31,449 nucleotides of DNA from a virus (lineage: Duplodnaviria > Caudoviricetes): the IMG/VR virus record IMGVR_UViG_3300027863_000121, positions 1 to 31,449 of that record. One strand, 5' to 3'. How positions within the stretch are numbered: position 1 is the first letter of the stretch; every line of letters begins with the position of its first letter. Made by a program: the position numbers and the translations under genes. Positions 8,522 through 17,130 of this stretch are shown one piece after another. The notes beneath the pieces are model-generated. The model was given only the letters and a program-made list of their open reading frames with translations, ran no database searches and had not been told where the DNA came from.

Positions 8522-9559
8522 CTACGAGCCGCCAATTTGAGTGCCGGGATTGTAAGCGCTTGTTGAGTTGGTCAGGATAATTTGCAAGCCACGACCTAAA
8601 GACGAATCAAGCAACGCCTCAAAGGAAAGTTCCTGCTCAACGACTGCGTTCCTGCGGACGGGTTCTGAGATTTCGGTCCAGACAATCTTCGGGATTGAAA
8701 TTTCAAGTTGCTTGTCGGTTGCTGGTGCCCATTTGAGTTTCAGTGAAGTCGTTGGTGCAGTCGGGTCATTTTTGTGTTGGAGTGGATAGGTGGAAGCACC
8801 CGCTTGGTTCAGGAAAGCCTTAAGGAAGTTATCGTTCTCAAAGGTCAACCGAATCGTCCCGCGAACTCTCATTCCCGTCACTGGTTGATGCCCACGCGGG
8901 GAAACCACGCCACGAGCTGTCCATCGGAGTGCCCTGTCCATCGTGATTTCCAAATCAGCAGCGATGCATTGAGCGATAGCAGTTCCAATTGGAGTTTCAA
9001 CTGTAGCAAGGGCTTGAACGAATGGGTCGGCACTGTCAACGCCAACGCCCGCAGGAATGACAGTCCCTTCGTTGTTGAACACTGCAGCGTAAGTGCCAAT
9101 CAAGTCCAAGTCAAACTGCAACACTTCATCTCGTTCAGCATCAAAGCCGAGCCTTAACCGAGTTGCCGCTAAGCCGCCGAAGACTTCCTGCCTTGCGATG
9201 TCGTTGTAGGCGTGAACAACCGAAAGCCATCGCGATTGAGAAGCGGCGCCGTAGTTGAAGGTGTGGGTGTAGGGACCAGCTCCGCTGGTGGTCGGTGGGA
9301 CGCCAAGAGCGTGAAGGATGTAGCCGAAAGAGTTGGGTTGGACATCTCCCCGTAATCCGCCTTCAACCCAGACATGGGAAGTTAGAGCCCGTCGGGGCAT
9401 CAAAGAGCCAGTTCCCATGCCCGTAATAATTCTGTTGACGCGAACTCTAAGGTCGCTTTCAACGCCGTCAAGTTGGATTTGTGCTGCGACGGCAGCGTTC
9501 TCGTTGTTCGTGATGCCAACACCGATTTTAGTTAACAAGCCAACGACTTCTACTGGCAT
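8522..9559 (-). CDS. Major tail tube protein (~345 aa)
   Basis: Tube-like motifs (GAGPYTHTF, VRGTIRLTFEN, LEISIPKIVW, VEQELSFEA). No sheath gene is present, so the tail is non-contractile. Confidence 0.8.
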   Translation of the reverse strand: MPVEVVGLLTKIGVGITNNENAAVAAQIQLDGVESDLRVRVNRIITGMGTGSLMPRRALTSHVWVEGGLRGDVQPNSFGYILHALGVPPTTSGAGPYTHTFNYGAASQSRWLSVVHAYNDIARQEVFGGLAATRLRLGFDAERDEVLQFDLDLIGTYAAVFNNEGTVIPAGVGVDSADPFVQALATVETPIGTAIAQCIAADLEITMDRALRWTARGVVSPRGHQPVTGMRVRGTIRLTFENDNFLKAFLNQAGASTYPLQHKNDPTAPTTSLKLKWAPATDKQLEISIPKIVWTEISEPVRRNAVVEQELSFEALLDSSLGRGLQIILTNSTSAYNPGTQIGGS

Positions 9560-9780
9560 CAACTTTCACCTCCTTCGTTTTTTGTCCCTTGTCCCGTGTC
9601 CCCTGTCCCTTCGACGGGGACTAAAACTTCTGAGCCAACAAAATCGTCGCCAAAGATTTCCCTCGCTTTTTCAGCTGGGACGACATCGCCGGGATTTAGT
9701 TCGCCGAGCCCAATGATGGTGACTGGGCTCGTCCCGACATAGCGGAAGCCAATGATTGGCTGCGGCTTTTTAATTGGCAT
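9559..9780 (-). CDS. Hypothetical 73-aa protein
   Basis: GGAGGTGA RBS; translationally coupled on both sides. Confidence 0.65.
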   Translation of the reverse strand: MPIKKPQPIIGFRYVGTSPVTIIGLGELNPGDVVPAEKAREIFGDDFVGSEVLVPVEGTGDTGQGTKNEGGES

Positions 9781-10468
9781 CGTCCTTCACCTCCATGGCG
9801 GTTTTAAACCAACGCTCTAACTCAGTGTTGCCGATATGGACGGCAACAGCCTTTTCTTCGCCTTCACGAACTTTCCAGCCAACGAAATGCAAATCGTCAG
9901 GAAGCCAGACAAGTTGCCATTTGTCTTTGTATTTGTGGGCGAGAGTAACGAGAGCGGTTTCTTCGGGATAGTATTGCGATTTGTTCGTCAACATCTGCCA
10001 CTCGTCAATGTAGGCAAGGAATGCTTTGTTGGCGACAATCATACCCGTGCCGAAATAAAACTCCCACTCATCGCCGATCATGGCAAGGCGTTGAATTTCC
10101 CGAATGCGGTCCTCCGTCGCCAACTCGTCAAACTGGTCTTTCTCCCAAACCCGCGTGACGACCAAAGTGGGCTTCCCATTGTTTTTGATGCCCGAAAGAA
10201 ATTCCTTCAATCGCTTCACAAAACCATCCCGAAACTCAATGTCCACATCCACAAAGCAAGTCCATTCATCCTTTCGGGCAACGGTAAGCCCTAAGCCCAT
10301 CACCTTCGGTTTCAAACGCAACGCTTCCTCTCGATCCGCCTTCGTTTTCTCCAAAGTCAACAAAACATCATCATCGCACAGCTGTCGAAACAAAGCCCAG
10401 AGACACCGCTCAGCAGCAAACCTTTTTGCGCTGTCGATCGGATAAACGAGCATCGTCACGAAAATCAC
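9770..10468 (-). CDS. GT-A fold nucleotide-diphospho-sugar transferase-like protein
   Basis: Motif order K-P, hydrophobic strand + DxD (CFVDVD), FGTG (N/T-x-G), EETAL (DQxxL-like), LP, and C-terminal VH matches GT8/GT77/GT34-like enzymes. Confidence 0.6.
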   Translation of the reverse strand: MIFVTMLVYPIDSAKRFAAERCLWALFRQLCDDDVLLTLEKTKADREEALRLKPKVMGLGLTVARKDEWTCFVDVDIEFRDGFVKRLKEFLSGIKNNGKPTLVVTRVWEKDQFDELATEDRIREIQRLAMIGDEWEFYFGTGMIVANKAFLAYIDEWQMLTNKSQYYPEETALVTLAHKYKDKWQLVWLPDDLHFVGWKVREGEEKAVAVHIGNTELERWFKTAMEVKDDAN

Positions 10469-10584
10469 CTTCTCCGCCTCCTTTCCTTAAAGCGACTAAG
10501 CCTGTCAATCACAACCCACATCGCTACCCTTGCAGTGATGAAAGCAATAATGAGAAAAAGCAACACATAAAGGGCATCAAGCAT
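10465..10584 (-). CDS. 39-aa single-TM protein (not in ORF track)
   Basis: MLDALYVLLFLIIAFITARVAMWVVIDRLSRFKERRRRR. GGAGGT RBS; GTGA overlap with the next gene. Confidence 0.55.
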   Translation of the reverse strand: MLDALYVLLFLIIAFITARVAMWVVIDRLSRFKERRRRR

Positions 10585-10587
10585 GAA

Positions 10588-10764
10588 TTACACCTCCAAT
10601 TCCTCGCGACGAGAGACGCGGGACGAGGGGTGGGTGAAACGATGCATCATGTCGTTGAAGATGATTTTGCGTAACTTGCGCATCTGGAAGTGGGCGTAAG
10701 CGATTGTCAAGCCCAAGAAAATCCATGCCGCCATCTGCATCGCTTCTTTAAGTTCCATCGCCAT
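10588..10764 (-). CDS. ~57-aa small membrane protein (not in ORF track)
   Basis: MAMELKEAMQMAAWIFLGLTIAYAHFQMRKLRKIIF... fills the operon gap exactly. Confidence 0.5.
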   Translation of the reverse strand: MAMELKEAMQMAAWIFLGLTIAYAHFQMRKLRKIIFNDMMHRFTHPSSRVSRREELEV

Positions 10765-10939
10765 CACGCTCCAGCATGAGCATTAGCCGCTCAATCTTCT
10801 CGTCTATGCGAATCAAGGCGTTGACGATTTCCTGAACCGTCATGACCTTGTTGACGAAATACATGAGCCACAAAGCCACGACAATCGGAAAGCCCAACTC
10901 CTTGACGAACCCTGCGATTGAGTTCAGCCATTCGGTCAT
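10748..10939 (-). CDS. Holin-like membrane protein (YvrJ-like)
   Basis: ELGFPIVVALWLMYF TM motif followed by a coiled coil, within the lysis cassette. Confidence 0.6.
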   Translation of the reverse strand: MTEWLNSIAGFVKELGFPIVVALWLMYFVNKVMTVQEIVNALIRIDEKIERLMLMLERDGDGT

Positions 10940-10954
10940 CAAATCACCCCACAA

Positions 10955-10990
10955 TAGCGACTGGCGACTTGCGACTGGCGACTGGTGATT
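10955..10990 (+). repeat. Short GCGACTG heptamer array
   Basis: TAGCGACTGGCGACTTGCGACTGGCGACTGGTGATT between two lysis genes. Confidence 0.85.
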
Positions 10991-11237
10991 ACTTGATCAA
11001 CTGGACGGCAAGTTCAATGGCTAAGTTGATTGCTGATTCTTTGAGTTCCTTTCCACGCGCTATTGCTTCTGCCTTGATCATCTCAAAAGCCCGCTTCCGT
11101 TTCTCTTCGTTCGTCCAAGTTTCCATCTTCGCCGCTTCCTTGACTGCCAAGATAGCGACCTCGCTGAGTTCACCAAGCAAGTGTTCAAGCATCGCTTTTG
11201 CAAACGGTTTGAAGAAGCGTTTAACGAGCCATTTCAT
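10989..11237 (-). CDS. LL-H-type holin-like protein
   Basis: AVKEA...NEEKRKRA...AINLAIELAV pattern resembles the LL-H holin family. Directly downstream of the amidase. Confidence 0.55.
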   Translation of the reverse strand: MKWLVKRFFKPFAKAMLEHLLGELSEVAILAVKEAAKMETWTNEEKRKRAFEMIKAEAIARGKELKESAINLAIELAVQLIK

Positions 11238-11803
11238 CGCATCACGACCTCCTTTGTGCGAAGTTGCAGCGAAGCCGCCACGACCTTCGCCAGTTGTTCG
11301 CCGTGGTCGGCTTCATAGTCGCCATAAAAGCAACGAGCACCACGATCATCAGGCTGAGAAGTTTTGAATTTGTGCCCGATGTCCAAGCCGATGACGGCAT
11401 CAAAGGGAAGCCACTTGACCAAAGCATCGGCGATGGCTTCGCCAAATTTTCGGATGACTTGGACATCGTGGACGAGGTTGGCTTCTTCGGGATTGGTAAT
11501 AAAGCAAGGTTCCATGAGGATGGCAGGACAGTGATAGAAACGCAAAAATCCAGCCCTTGAGCCTTCAGCCTTCTTGACGCCCCTTGACTTTGTGCCCAAG
11601 ACGCTGGTGATGATGTGAAGGAGTTTTGCTGCGATGTAGTCGGCGTCGCCCTTACCGTTAGAGAAAACTTCGCTCCCATTGACTTTCGAGTTGTTGTGGG
11701 CGTTGAAATGAAAACTGATGACAAGCCGACAGTTTGCTTTTGATGCTTGCCTTTGCCGTTCATGATTTCCAACATAGTCGCCTTTGAGCCAGACAATCTT
11801 CAC
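11234..11803 (-). CDS. Endolysin, N-acetylmuramoyl-L-alanine amidase (Amidase_3), circularly permuted
   Basis: ISFHFNA (H32) and PAILMEPCFITN (E98) come first. The usual N-terminal LDxGH...GA...E block (H144, E164) is at the C-terminus. Confidence 0.85.
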   Translation of the reverse strand: MKIVWLKGDYVGNHERQRQASKANCRLVISFHFNAHNNSKVNGSEVFSNGKGDADYIAAKLLHIITSVLGTKSRGVKKAEGSRAGFLRFYHCPAILMEPCFITNPEEANLVHDVQVIRKFGEAIADALVKWLPFDAVIGLDIGHKFKTSQPDDRGARCFYGDYEADHGEQLAKVVAASLQLRTKEVVMR

Positions 11804-12216
11804 GATTGCTCACCTTCTTCCTCCATCAGGATTTGCTGGATTCGGGCGAACTTATCAGCAGAGACGAGGTCACGGAGGGCATCAAGGGCTGCTTTCGCTC
11901 GCTCTTCCCGCTCCCTTGCAAGTTCCAACTGCTTTCGCTTTTCTCGCTCGTAGCGGATGAGCAAATCAAGTCGTTTCAGTTCGTCAGCTTTCTCCGTTTG
12001 CAAGATCAAGTAGCGCTCCATCGCCCGAAGCATGTGTCGCTTGTGTCGATAGACAGTTTGGAAACTGACGCCCAACGATTGAGCGATTTCTTCGTAAGTC
12101 TTCCCAGCCTTCATCTGCTGCCAGATTTCTTCCTGCATATCAGCATCAAGCCGACAGAGCCGACACCTGCTGAAACTTTTAAGCATTGGCAAAAGTTCCC
12201 AAGCATCTTTGGGCAC
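11800..12216 (-). CDS. Terminase small subunit-like HTH protein (Mu gp27/DUF3486-like)
   Basis: CRLCRL...GKTYEEIAQSLGVSFQTVYRHKRH HTH followed by a coiled coil. Confidence 0.6.
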   Translation of the reverse strand: MPKDAWELLPMLKSFSRCRLCRLDADMQEEIWQQMKAGKTYEEIAQSLGVSFQTVYRHKRHMLRAMERYLILQTEKADELKRLDLLIRYEREKRKQLELAREREERAKAALDALRDLVSADKFARIQQILMEEEGEQS

Positions 12217-12248
12217 TTTACATCACCGACGACGAAAGTGGCACAAAA

Positions 12249-12292
12249 TTTGTCAAAGTGGTTTGTCAAATTTGTCAAACTACTTTGACAAA
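12249..12292. promoter_or_regulatory. Divergent late control region with four TTTGTCAAA boxes
   Basis: TTTGTCAAA at 12249-12257, 12262-12270 and 12271-12279, and inverted at 12284-12292, between two divergent late operons. Confidence 0.6.
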
Positions 12293-12320
12293 GAGGCGGG
12301 TATATTTGGAGGTGGTGATC

Positions 12321-12566
12321 TTGCTTGTGGCAGTTAAAAGCCTGTATCGGATTCGTGCCGAATTGGAGCAGGAGGGGATTTTCATCACCCCCGACTGGCT
12401 CTATCACATCGCAAGACGCCATTTCCGCTTGCGTGTTTGCAAAGAGACTTACCAGCGGGAGGTTTTCGGCGTAGATGAGGACGATGCTGAGCGCCTTAAG
12501 GAACTTGTTCGGCAAGCGGTTCAGCGCTCTAAGCGTCGTAGACCCGGCATTGAAAAAGGCACTTAA
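12321..12566 (+). CDS. Small basic protein, possibly DNA-binding
   Basis: GGAGG RBS at 12308-12312 and TTG start; first gene of the plus-strand head operon. Confidence 0.6.
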   Translation: MLVAVKSLYRIRAELEQEGIFITPDWLYHIARRHFRLRVCKETYQREVFGVDEDDAERLKELVRQAVQRSKRRRPGIEKGT

Positions 12567-14304
12567 GCGGAAAGGGACGAGGGGCGAGGGACGGGGGACG
12601 AGGGATGAGGGAAAGGTAACGGAGTTTATTGCAGCGCTGAAATTGCCTGACGGGAAAGAGTTTCGTTGGGATGGGCACGAAGATTTGAAAGCAATTGCGG
12701 AAGATAAGGCACAAGTCGTCATCGTTGAAAAAGCGGCACAAAAAGGCGTCACAGAATTGATGCTGCGATTGCAATTTTGGCTTTGCAAGCAAGGCTATTC
12801 ATCCGCCTACTTCCTTTCTTCGCTCCGTTTTCTCCGAATGCAGGTTCAACGACGGGTCGAGCCACTGATTCGGGCAAATCCCATCTTGCAAAAGGCTTTG
12901 GTTGAAGGCGCTGAAAAAGAATTGCTTGGCGAAGAGGAGGAAGTTGAAGGGTTGCCGAGAAAGTATCGGTTGCGAGACAACCTTTACCTGAAGCGGCTTT
13001 GGGAAGGGTGGCTGCTTTACATGCCCGTCCAAAGTGAAGCTGATGTTCGGATGTTTCCGTTGGACGCCATCTTCGTTGACGAAGTTGAGACGCTGAATCC
13101 TTCCTTGACCGATGCGTTGCAGGAACGCCTTTACCATTCACCGCTCAAATGGGAGCGATGGTTCAGCCAACCGACCGTTGCAGGTTACGGCATTGACGAG
13201 CGATTTGCGATGACGGATCAGCGATACTGGCATCTCAAATGTCCAAAGTGCAAGCAATGGTTTGCGATGGAAGAGCATTTCCCGAAAGTTTTGATGGCGA
13301 CTTTGGAAGGCAAGCCAGTTTTGTGGGGCGGCGATTGGGATGCAACGACTTGGGATGGACGATGGAAGTTTTCCTATTGCTGTCCTTTTTGCCAGTCGCT
13401 AATCGCCAATCCCCAGTCGCTGGAGAAGGAATGGGTTGCCAAATATCCCGACAGGGACGCTCACGGCTATCACTTGACACAACTTTATTCAGCGACGATG
13501 ACGGCGACGGATGTTGCAAGGTTGTGGCATCAAGCACAATTTTCGCTGAGACGCAAAGAGCGATTTTTCAACTCCGTCTTGGGCTTGCCCTACTCTGGTG
13601 GCGAGCGGCAACCGATTACGGCAGAGAAATGCGTTTATGGCAGTCACGATTTAGGCATATTGAATGAGTTAAATAAGCGCTTTGCTGGCTTGGATGTGGG
13701 CGATCGGCTGCATCTTGTCGTGCTGGAGCAACTTCCCGATGGAGTTTTGGCTCTCATTTGGGCTGAAGAATTCAGCGGGATTGACAAATGGGAGCAGGTT
13801 GCCCAGAAAGTTCGTTCGCTGAAAGTTTCCGCCATCGCCGTCAACGCCATGCCCTACAAAGACAGCGCCAAAAAGTTGCTCAGACAACTTGCCCCAGAAA
13901 TCAAAGGCGTTTTGGTTTACGATACTGGCGGGCAAAGGATGTCAATTAGCGAAGAAGACAAGGAGACGGGGCAACCGATCAAAACCATCTCCATCCCGCG
14001 AGTGGAACTCATGGACGGGACGGTCGATGCCGTGCTTTCAGGGCGAATCATCTTCCCACGCAGAAATCTCCCCATCACAGAACAAGTTATCAAGCATTTG
14101 CAGAACTACATCATTGAGATTGACGAAACTGGCAAGCGAGATTACGCCAAAGGTCGGGAAGACCACTTGGGGAGAGCCATTGACTATGCTCGCATAGTCG
14201 CGGAAACTGCAAGGGCACTCAGGGCGATGCCTGCCGAGCCAATCAGGGCTGATTGGCTTGCTGGGACGCCCCTTGTGCCATCACTGGGGGGTGTGTCATG
14301 GTGA
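12475..14304 (+). CDS. Terminase large subunit, lambda gpA-like family (true start may be ~12550)
   Basis: Walker A EKAAQKGVTE, Walker B IFVDEVE, SQPT...DQRYWHLKCPKC with a second CPFC, nuclease AGLDVG ... DH. Confidence 0.88.
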   Translation: MRTMLSALRNLFGKRFSALSVVDPALKKALKRKGTRGEGRGTRDEGKVTEFIAALKLPDGKEFRWDGHEDLKAIAEDKAQVVIVEKAAQKGVTELMLRLQFWLCKQGYSSAYFLSSLRFLRMQVQRRVEPLIRANPILQKALVEGAEKELLGEEEEVEGLPRKYRLRDNLYLKRLWEGWLLYMPVQSEADVRMFPLDAIFVDEVETLNPSLTDALQERLYHSPLKWERWFSQPTVAGYGIDERFAMTDQRYWHLKCPKCKQWFAMEEHFPKVLMATLEGKPVLWGGDWDATTWDGRWKFSYCCPFCQSLIANPQSLEKEWVAKYPDRDAHGYHLTQLYSATMTATDVARLWHQAQFSLRRKERFFNSVLGLPYSGGERQPITAEKCVYGSHDLGILNELNKRFAGLDVGDRLHLVVLEQLPDGVLALIWAEEFSGIDKWEQVAQKVRSLKVSAIAVNAMPYKDSAKKLLRQLAPEIKGVLVYDTGGQRMSISEEDKETGQPIKTISIPRVELMDGTVDAVLSGRIIFPRRNLPITEQVIKHLQNYIIEIDETGKRDYAKGREDHLGRAIDYARIVAETARALRAMPAEPIRADWLAGTPLVPSLGGVSW

Positions 14305-15557
14305 AGCCGATAGAGTTCGTTGAGTCATTGCAGTTTGCTGATTGGATTCGCATCTTGCCGAAAGGAACTTTCAAGCGGGACGGACGGACAATCAAACTTG
14401 ACGACGCTTTCCTGATGGCGATCAAGCGAAACTTTGATGCATGCGTGTTGGGTCGCGATGTCCCTGTCAACTTTGAGCACCAATACACAGCACTTGGCGC
14501 TGCGGGTTGGGTTCGGGCGTTGGAAGTTCGGGAAGATGGGCTTTACGCGTTGATTGAGTGGACGGACATCGGTAAGGAAGCCATTGAGAAACAACGCTTC
14601 AAATATGTCAGCGTTGAGTTGGGCGGAGCCGTTGACCCGCAAACAGGCAAGATTTTGGGCGAAGATGTTTTGACGGGCATCGCACTAACCAACCGTCCCT
14701 TCTTCAAGGGCTTGACAGCCCTTGAAGCAGCTGACCCTGATTGGACTGCAAACGATGACCCACTGCAATTCCCCATCCACGATGACCGAGACTACGAATG
14801 GGATGCCGACGAAAGCGAACGAAGATGGCGAAGGTGGGTATCGGAGAGAGACCCGTCAGAATGGGGCAACGAAGAGTGGCGAAAGTATCGGCGACGGTTC
14901 CTCGCTTACGATAGAGCCAACCCAGATCTATTTGGCTCTTACAAACTCCCTGTCGTTGATATCGTTAACGGTCAACCCCGCGTCATCTTCCGAGCTGTCG
15001 TCCAAGTCCTTGCCATTTTGGCAGGCGCTCGTGGGGGCGTTGATTTGCCCAGCGATGTGAAAGAGCGCGTTCGGTCTATTGCCGAACGCTTGAGAAGCAA
15101 GTTTGAAGGAGGTGAAGAAAAGATGAGCGACGAGAAGCAAGTCGCTCAAGACCATCTGACACTTGACCCCGCCAAAGTCGTTGCCTTAGAGCAAGAGGTG
15201 CAACGGCTAAAGGCGGAGCAACGGAAGCGACAATTTGCCGATGAGTTGGCAGCACTGCGTTTCAGCGAGGGCAAAGTTGCTCTCGCTCCTGACAGTCGCA
15301 ACAAATTCGTTGAAGTTCTCGCGGAGTTAAACGACGAACTTGCGGGCAAGTTGATGGACGCAATCAAGTCCATTCAATTTGTCCCGCTCGGCGAACTTGG
15401 CTTTTCTGCCACTGAGCCCGACGAGAAGACCGAGACCCTGCAAACTTACGCAGAGAAAATTGCCCGCGAACGAAACTTGAACTTCATTGACGCGATTCGC
15501 ATCGCCGCTTCCGAGCGACCCGACCTTGTTTTCAGCGAATACAAAGTCCACAAGTGA
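14298..15557 (+). CDS. Mu gpI-like prohead protease/scaffold with inserted domain
   Basis: WIRILPKGTF..DGR, NFEH, AAGW, DGLYALIEWT, YVS and ALTNRP motifs; coiled-coil scaffold C-terminus. Confidence 0.88.
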   Translation: MVKPIEFVESLQFADWIRILPKGTFKRDGRTIKLDDAFLMAIKRNFDACVLGRDVPVNFEHQYTALGAAGWVRALEVREDGLYALIEWTDIGKEAIEKQRFKYVSVELGGAVDPQTGKILGEDVLTGIALTNRPFFKGLTALEAADPDWTANDDPLQFPIHDDRDYEWDADESERRWRRWVSERDPSEWGNEEWRKYRRRFLAYDRANPDLFGSYKLPVVDIVNGQPRVIFRAVVQVLAILAGARGGVDLPSDVKERVRSIAERLRSKFEGGEEKMSDEKQVAQDHLTLDPAKVVALEQEVQRLKAEQRKRQFADELAALRFSEGKVALAPDSRNKFVEVLAELNDELAGKLMDAIKSIQFVPLGELGFSATEPDEKTETLQTYAEKIARERNLNFIDAIRIAASERPDLVFSEYKVHK

Positions 15558-15568
15558 GGTGATGAAAA

Positions 15569-15976
15569 ATGGCGACTTATCGGGAAGCGTTAGAGATTTC
15601 CTTTGTGGCGGGGGCGGATTTGCGAAACTACCCCTTCGCTCCCGTCAGACTTGACACCACAACTGGGCGCGTCGTTTTGGCAGGTGCTAACGAGCGAGCA
15701 ATCGGCATCTTGCAAAACAAACCAAACGCTGGCGAGACGGCATCCGTGATGCTTTACGGCATCAGCAAAGCTGTCGCCGCTGGCGCTATCACCATCGGAA
15801 GCCCCGTCGTTGCCGCCGGCAACGGGCGAGTGTCAGCGGCAGGGACTTTCCACAATCACGGCGCCGCTTCTTCCAACCCGCCAACTGGGCAACAACGAAT
15901 TCTCGGTTTCGCTTTGACGGCAGCGACTGCTGCTGGACAAGTCATTGAAGTTTTGCTTGCACCCTTTGAGTTCTGA
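15569..15976 (+). CDS. Capsid decoration/cement protein (DUF2190-like)
   Basis: Small Ala/Gly-rich protein (AIGILQNKPNAGE, GFALTAATAAGQVIEVLL) between protease and capsid genes. Confidence 0.8.
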   Translation: MATYREALEISFVAGADLRNYPFAPVRLDTTTGRVVLAGANERAIGILQNKPNAGETASVMLYGISKAVAAGAITIGSPVVAAGNGRVSAAGTFHNHGAASSNPPTGQQRILGFALTAATAAGQVIEVLLAPFEF

Positions 15977-15994
15977 CACGGAGGTGAGTGAACA

Positions 15995-16921
15995 ATGCCG
16001 CAAGTGACTGATGTCAAGGATGTGATTTTGGTTGACCCCGTATTGACGCAAGTAGCCATCAGTTACCGCGTGCAAGGGGCGGTCGCCGAAAACTTGTTGC
16101 CCACCTTGCCCGTCTCGTCCGTCTCAGGGCAAATCGCCCGATTTGGCAAAGACGCTTTTCGCCGCGAATCTGCCCGACGGGGACGGGGAAGCCAAGCAAG
16201 GCGAGTTCATTGGTCCGTTGAATCGGTGAAGTTCTTCTGCGAAGAATATGCCCTTGAAATTGCCGTTGATGACCGAGATGTCGCCGCCAGCCAGAACCCC
16301 ATTGACCCATTTGTCGCCGCCACGACCCAACTTGTAGACATGCTCACTTTAGACGCGGAAGTTCGGACGAGGGATGCCGTTGTCAATGCCCTGACGGCAG
16401 CGGGTTACCGAACCGTCCCATCAACTAAGTGGGACCAGAGTGGCTCCACGCCCATCACTGACTTGAAGAACGCCATCGTTGCCGTCAGCCGACGCATCGG
16501 CGTTCGCCCGACGACCGTCGTCATCTCCCGACCCGTCTGGGAGGTTTTGATTGAACACACCCAAGTTGCCGACCGACTGAAGTTCACCAATGCCACTTTC
16601 TCGACCGAAATCCTTGCACGATGGCTGGAAGTTCGGGAAGTGGTCATCGGCGACATGGTGATGGACACTGCAATTGAAGGTGATACACCGAACTTGCAGT
16701 ATGTTTGGGGCGATCGGGTCGTCGTCGCTTTCGTGCCCCAACGCCCCGCCATCAACCAACCCGCCTTCGGTTACCGACCGACCCTTTCTAACTTCGTCGT
16801 TGAACGCTACCGTGACGAGCCTTCCCGAAGCACAGTCATCCGCGTCCGACATGAAGTCGCTGAGGTCATAACAGCACCCGACGCAGGTCATCTGTTAGAC
16901 GATGTTCTGGCATCTATCTGA
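15995..16921 (+). CDS. Major capsid protein
   Basis: 308 aa with VDPVLTQVAISY, KWD..GSTPITD, GVRPTTVVI and AFGY motifs; position after protease and decoration genes. Confidence 0.88.
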   Translation: MPQVTDVKDVILVDPVLTQVAISYRVQGAVAENLLPTLPVSSVSGQIARFGKDAFRRESARRGRGSQARRVHWSVESVKFFCEEYALEIAVDDRDVAASQNPIDPFVAATTQLVDMLTLDAEVRTRDAVVNALTAAGYRTVPSTKWDQSGSTPITDLKNAIVAVSRRIGVRPTTVVISRPVWEVLIEHTQVADRLKFTNATFSTEILARWLEVREVVIGDMVMDTAIEGDTPNLQYVWGDRVVVAFVPQRPAINQPAFGYRPTLSNFVVERYRDEPSRSTVIRVRHEVAEVITAPDAGHLLDDVLASI

Positions 16922-17050
16922 ACGGCAGCGACTGGTGATTAGCGAATAGCGACTGGCAAAACGACAGCGATTAGTGACTTGCGAATAGCGACTGGTCAAA
17001 CGGCAAAAAGAACCAGTCGCAAGTCGCCAGTCGCCATTTCCCGCCGTTTT
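16921..17050. repeat. Mosaic copy of the heptamer-built repeat
   Basis: Contains modules in both orientations (AACGGCAGCGACTGGTGATTAGCGA; AACGGCAAAAAGAACCAGTCGC; CCAGTCGCCATTTCCCGCCGTT). Confidence 0.85.
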
Positions 17051-17130
17051 TGGCGTCTGATGGGCTTTTTGGGCGAGGGGGGTATTCCGATATAGGGGTG
17101 CCCCCTACGAGACGATTGTAGGGCAAAAGT

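Noticed and set aside
12285-12306. TTGACA...TATATT as a sigma70 promoter
   Set aside because: Spacing is only 10 bp.
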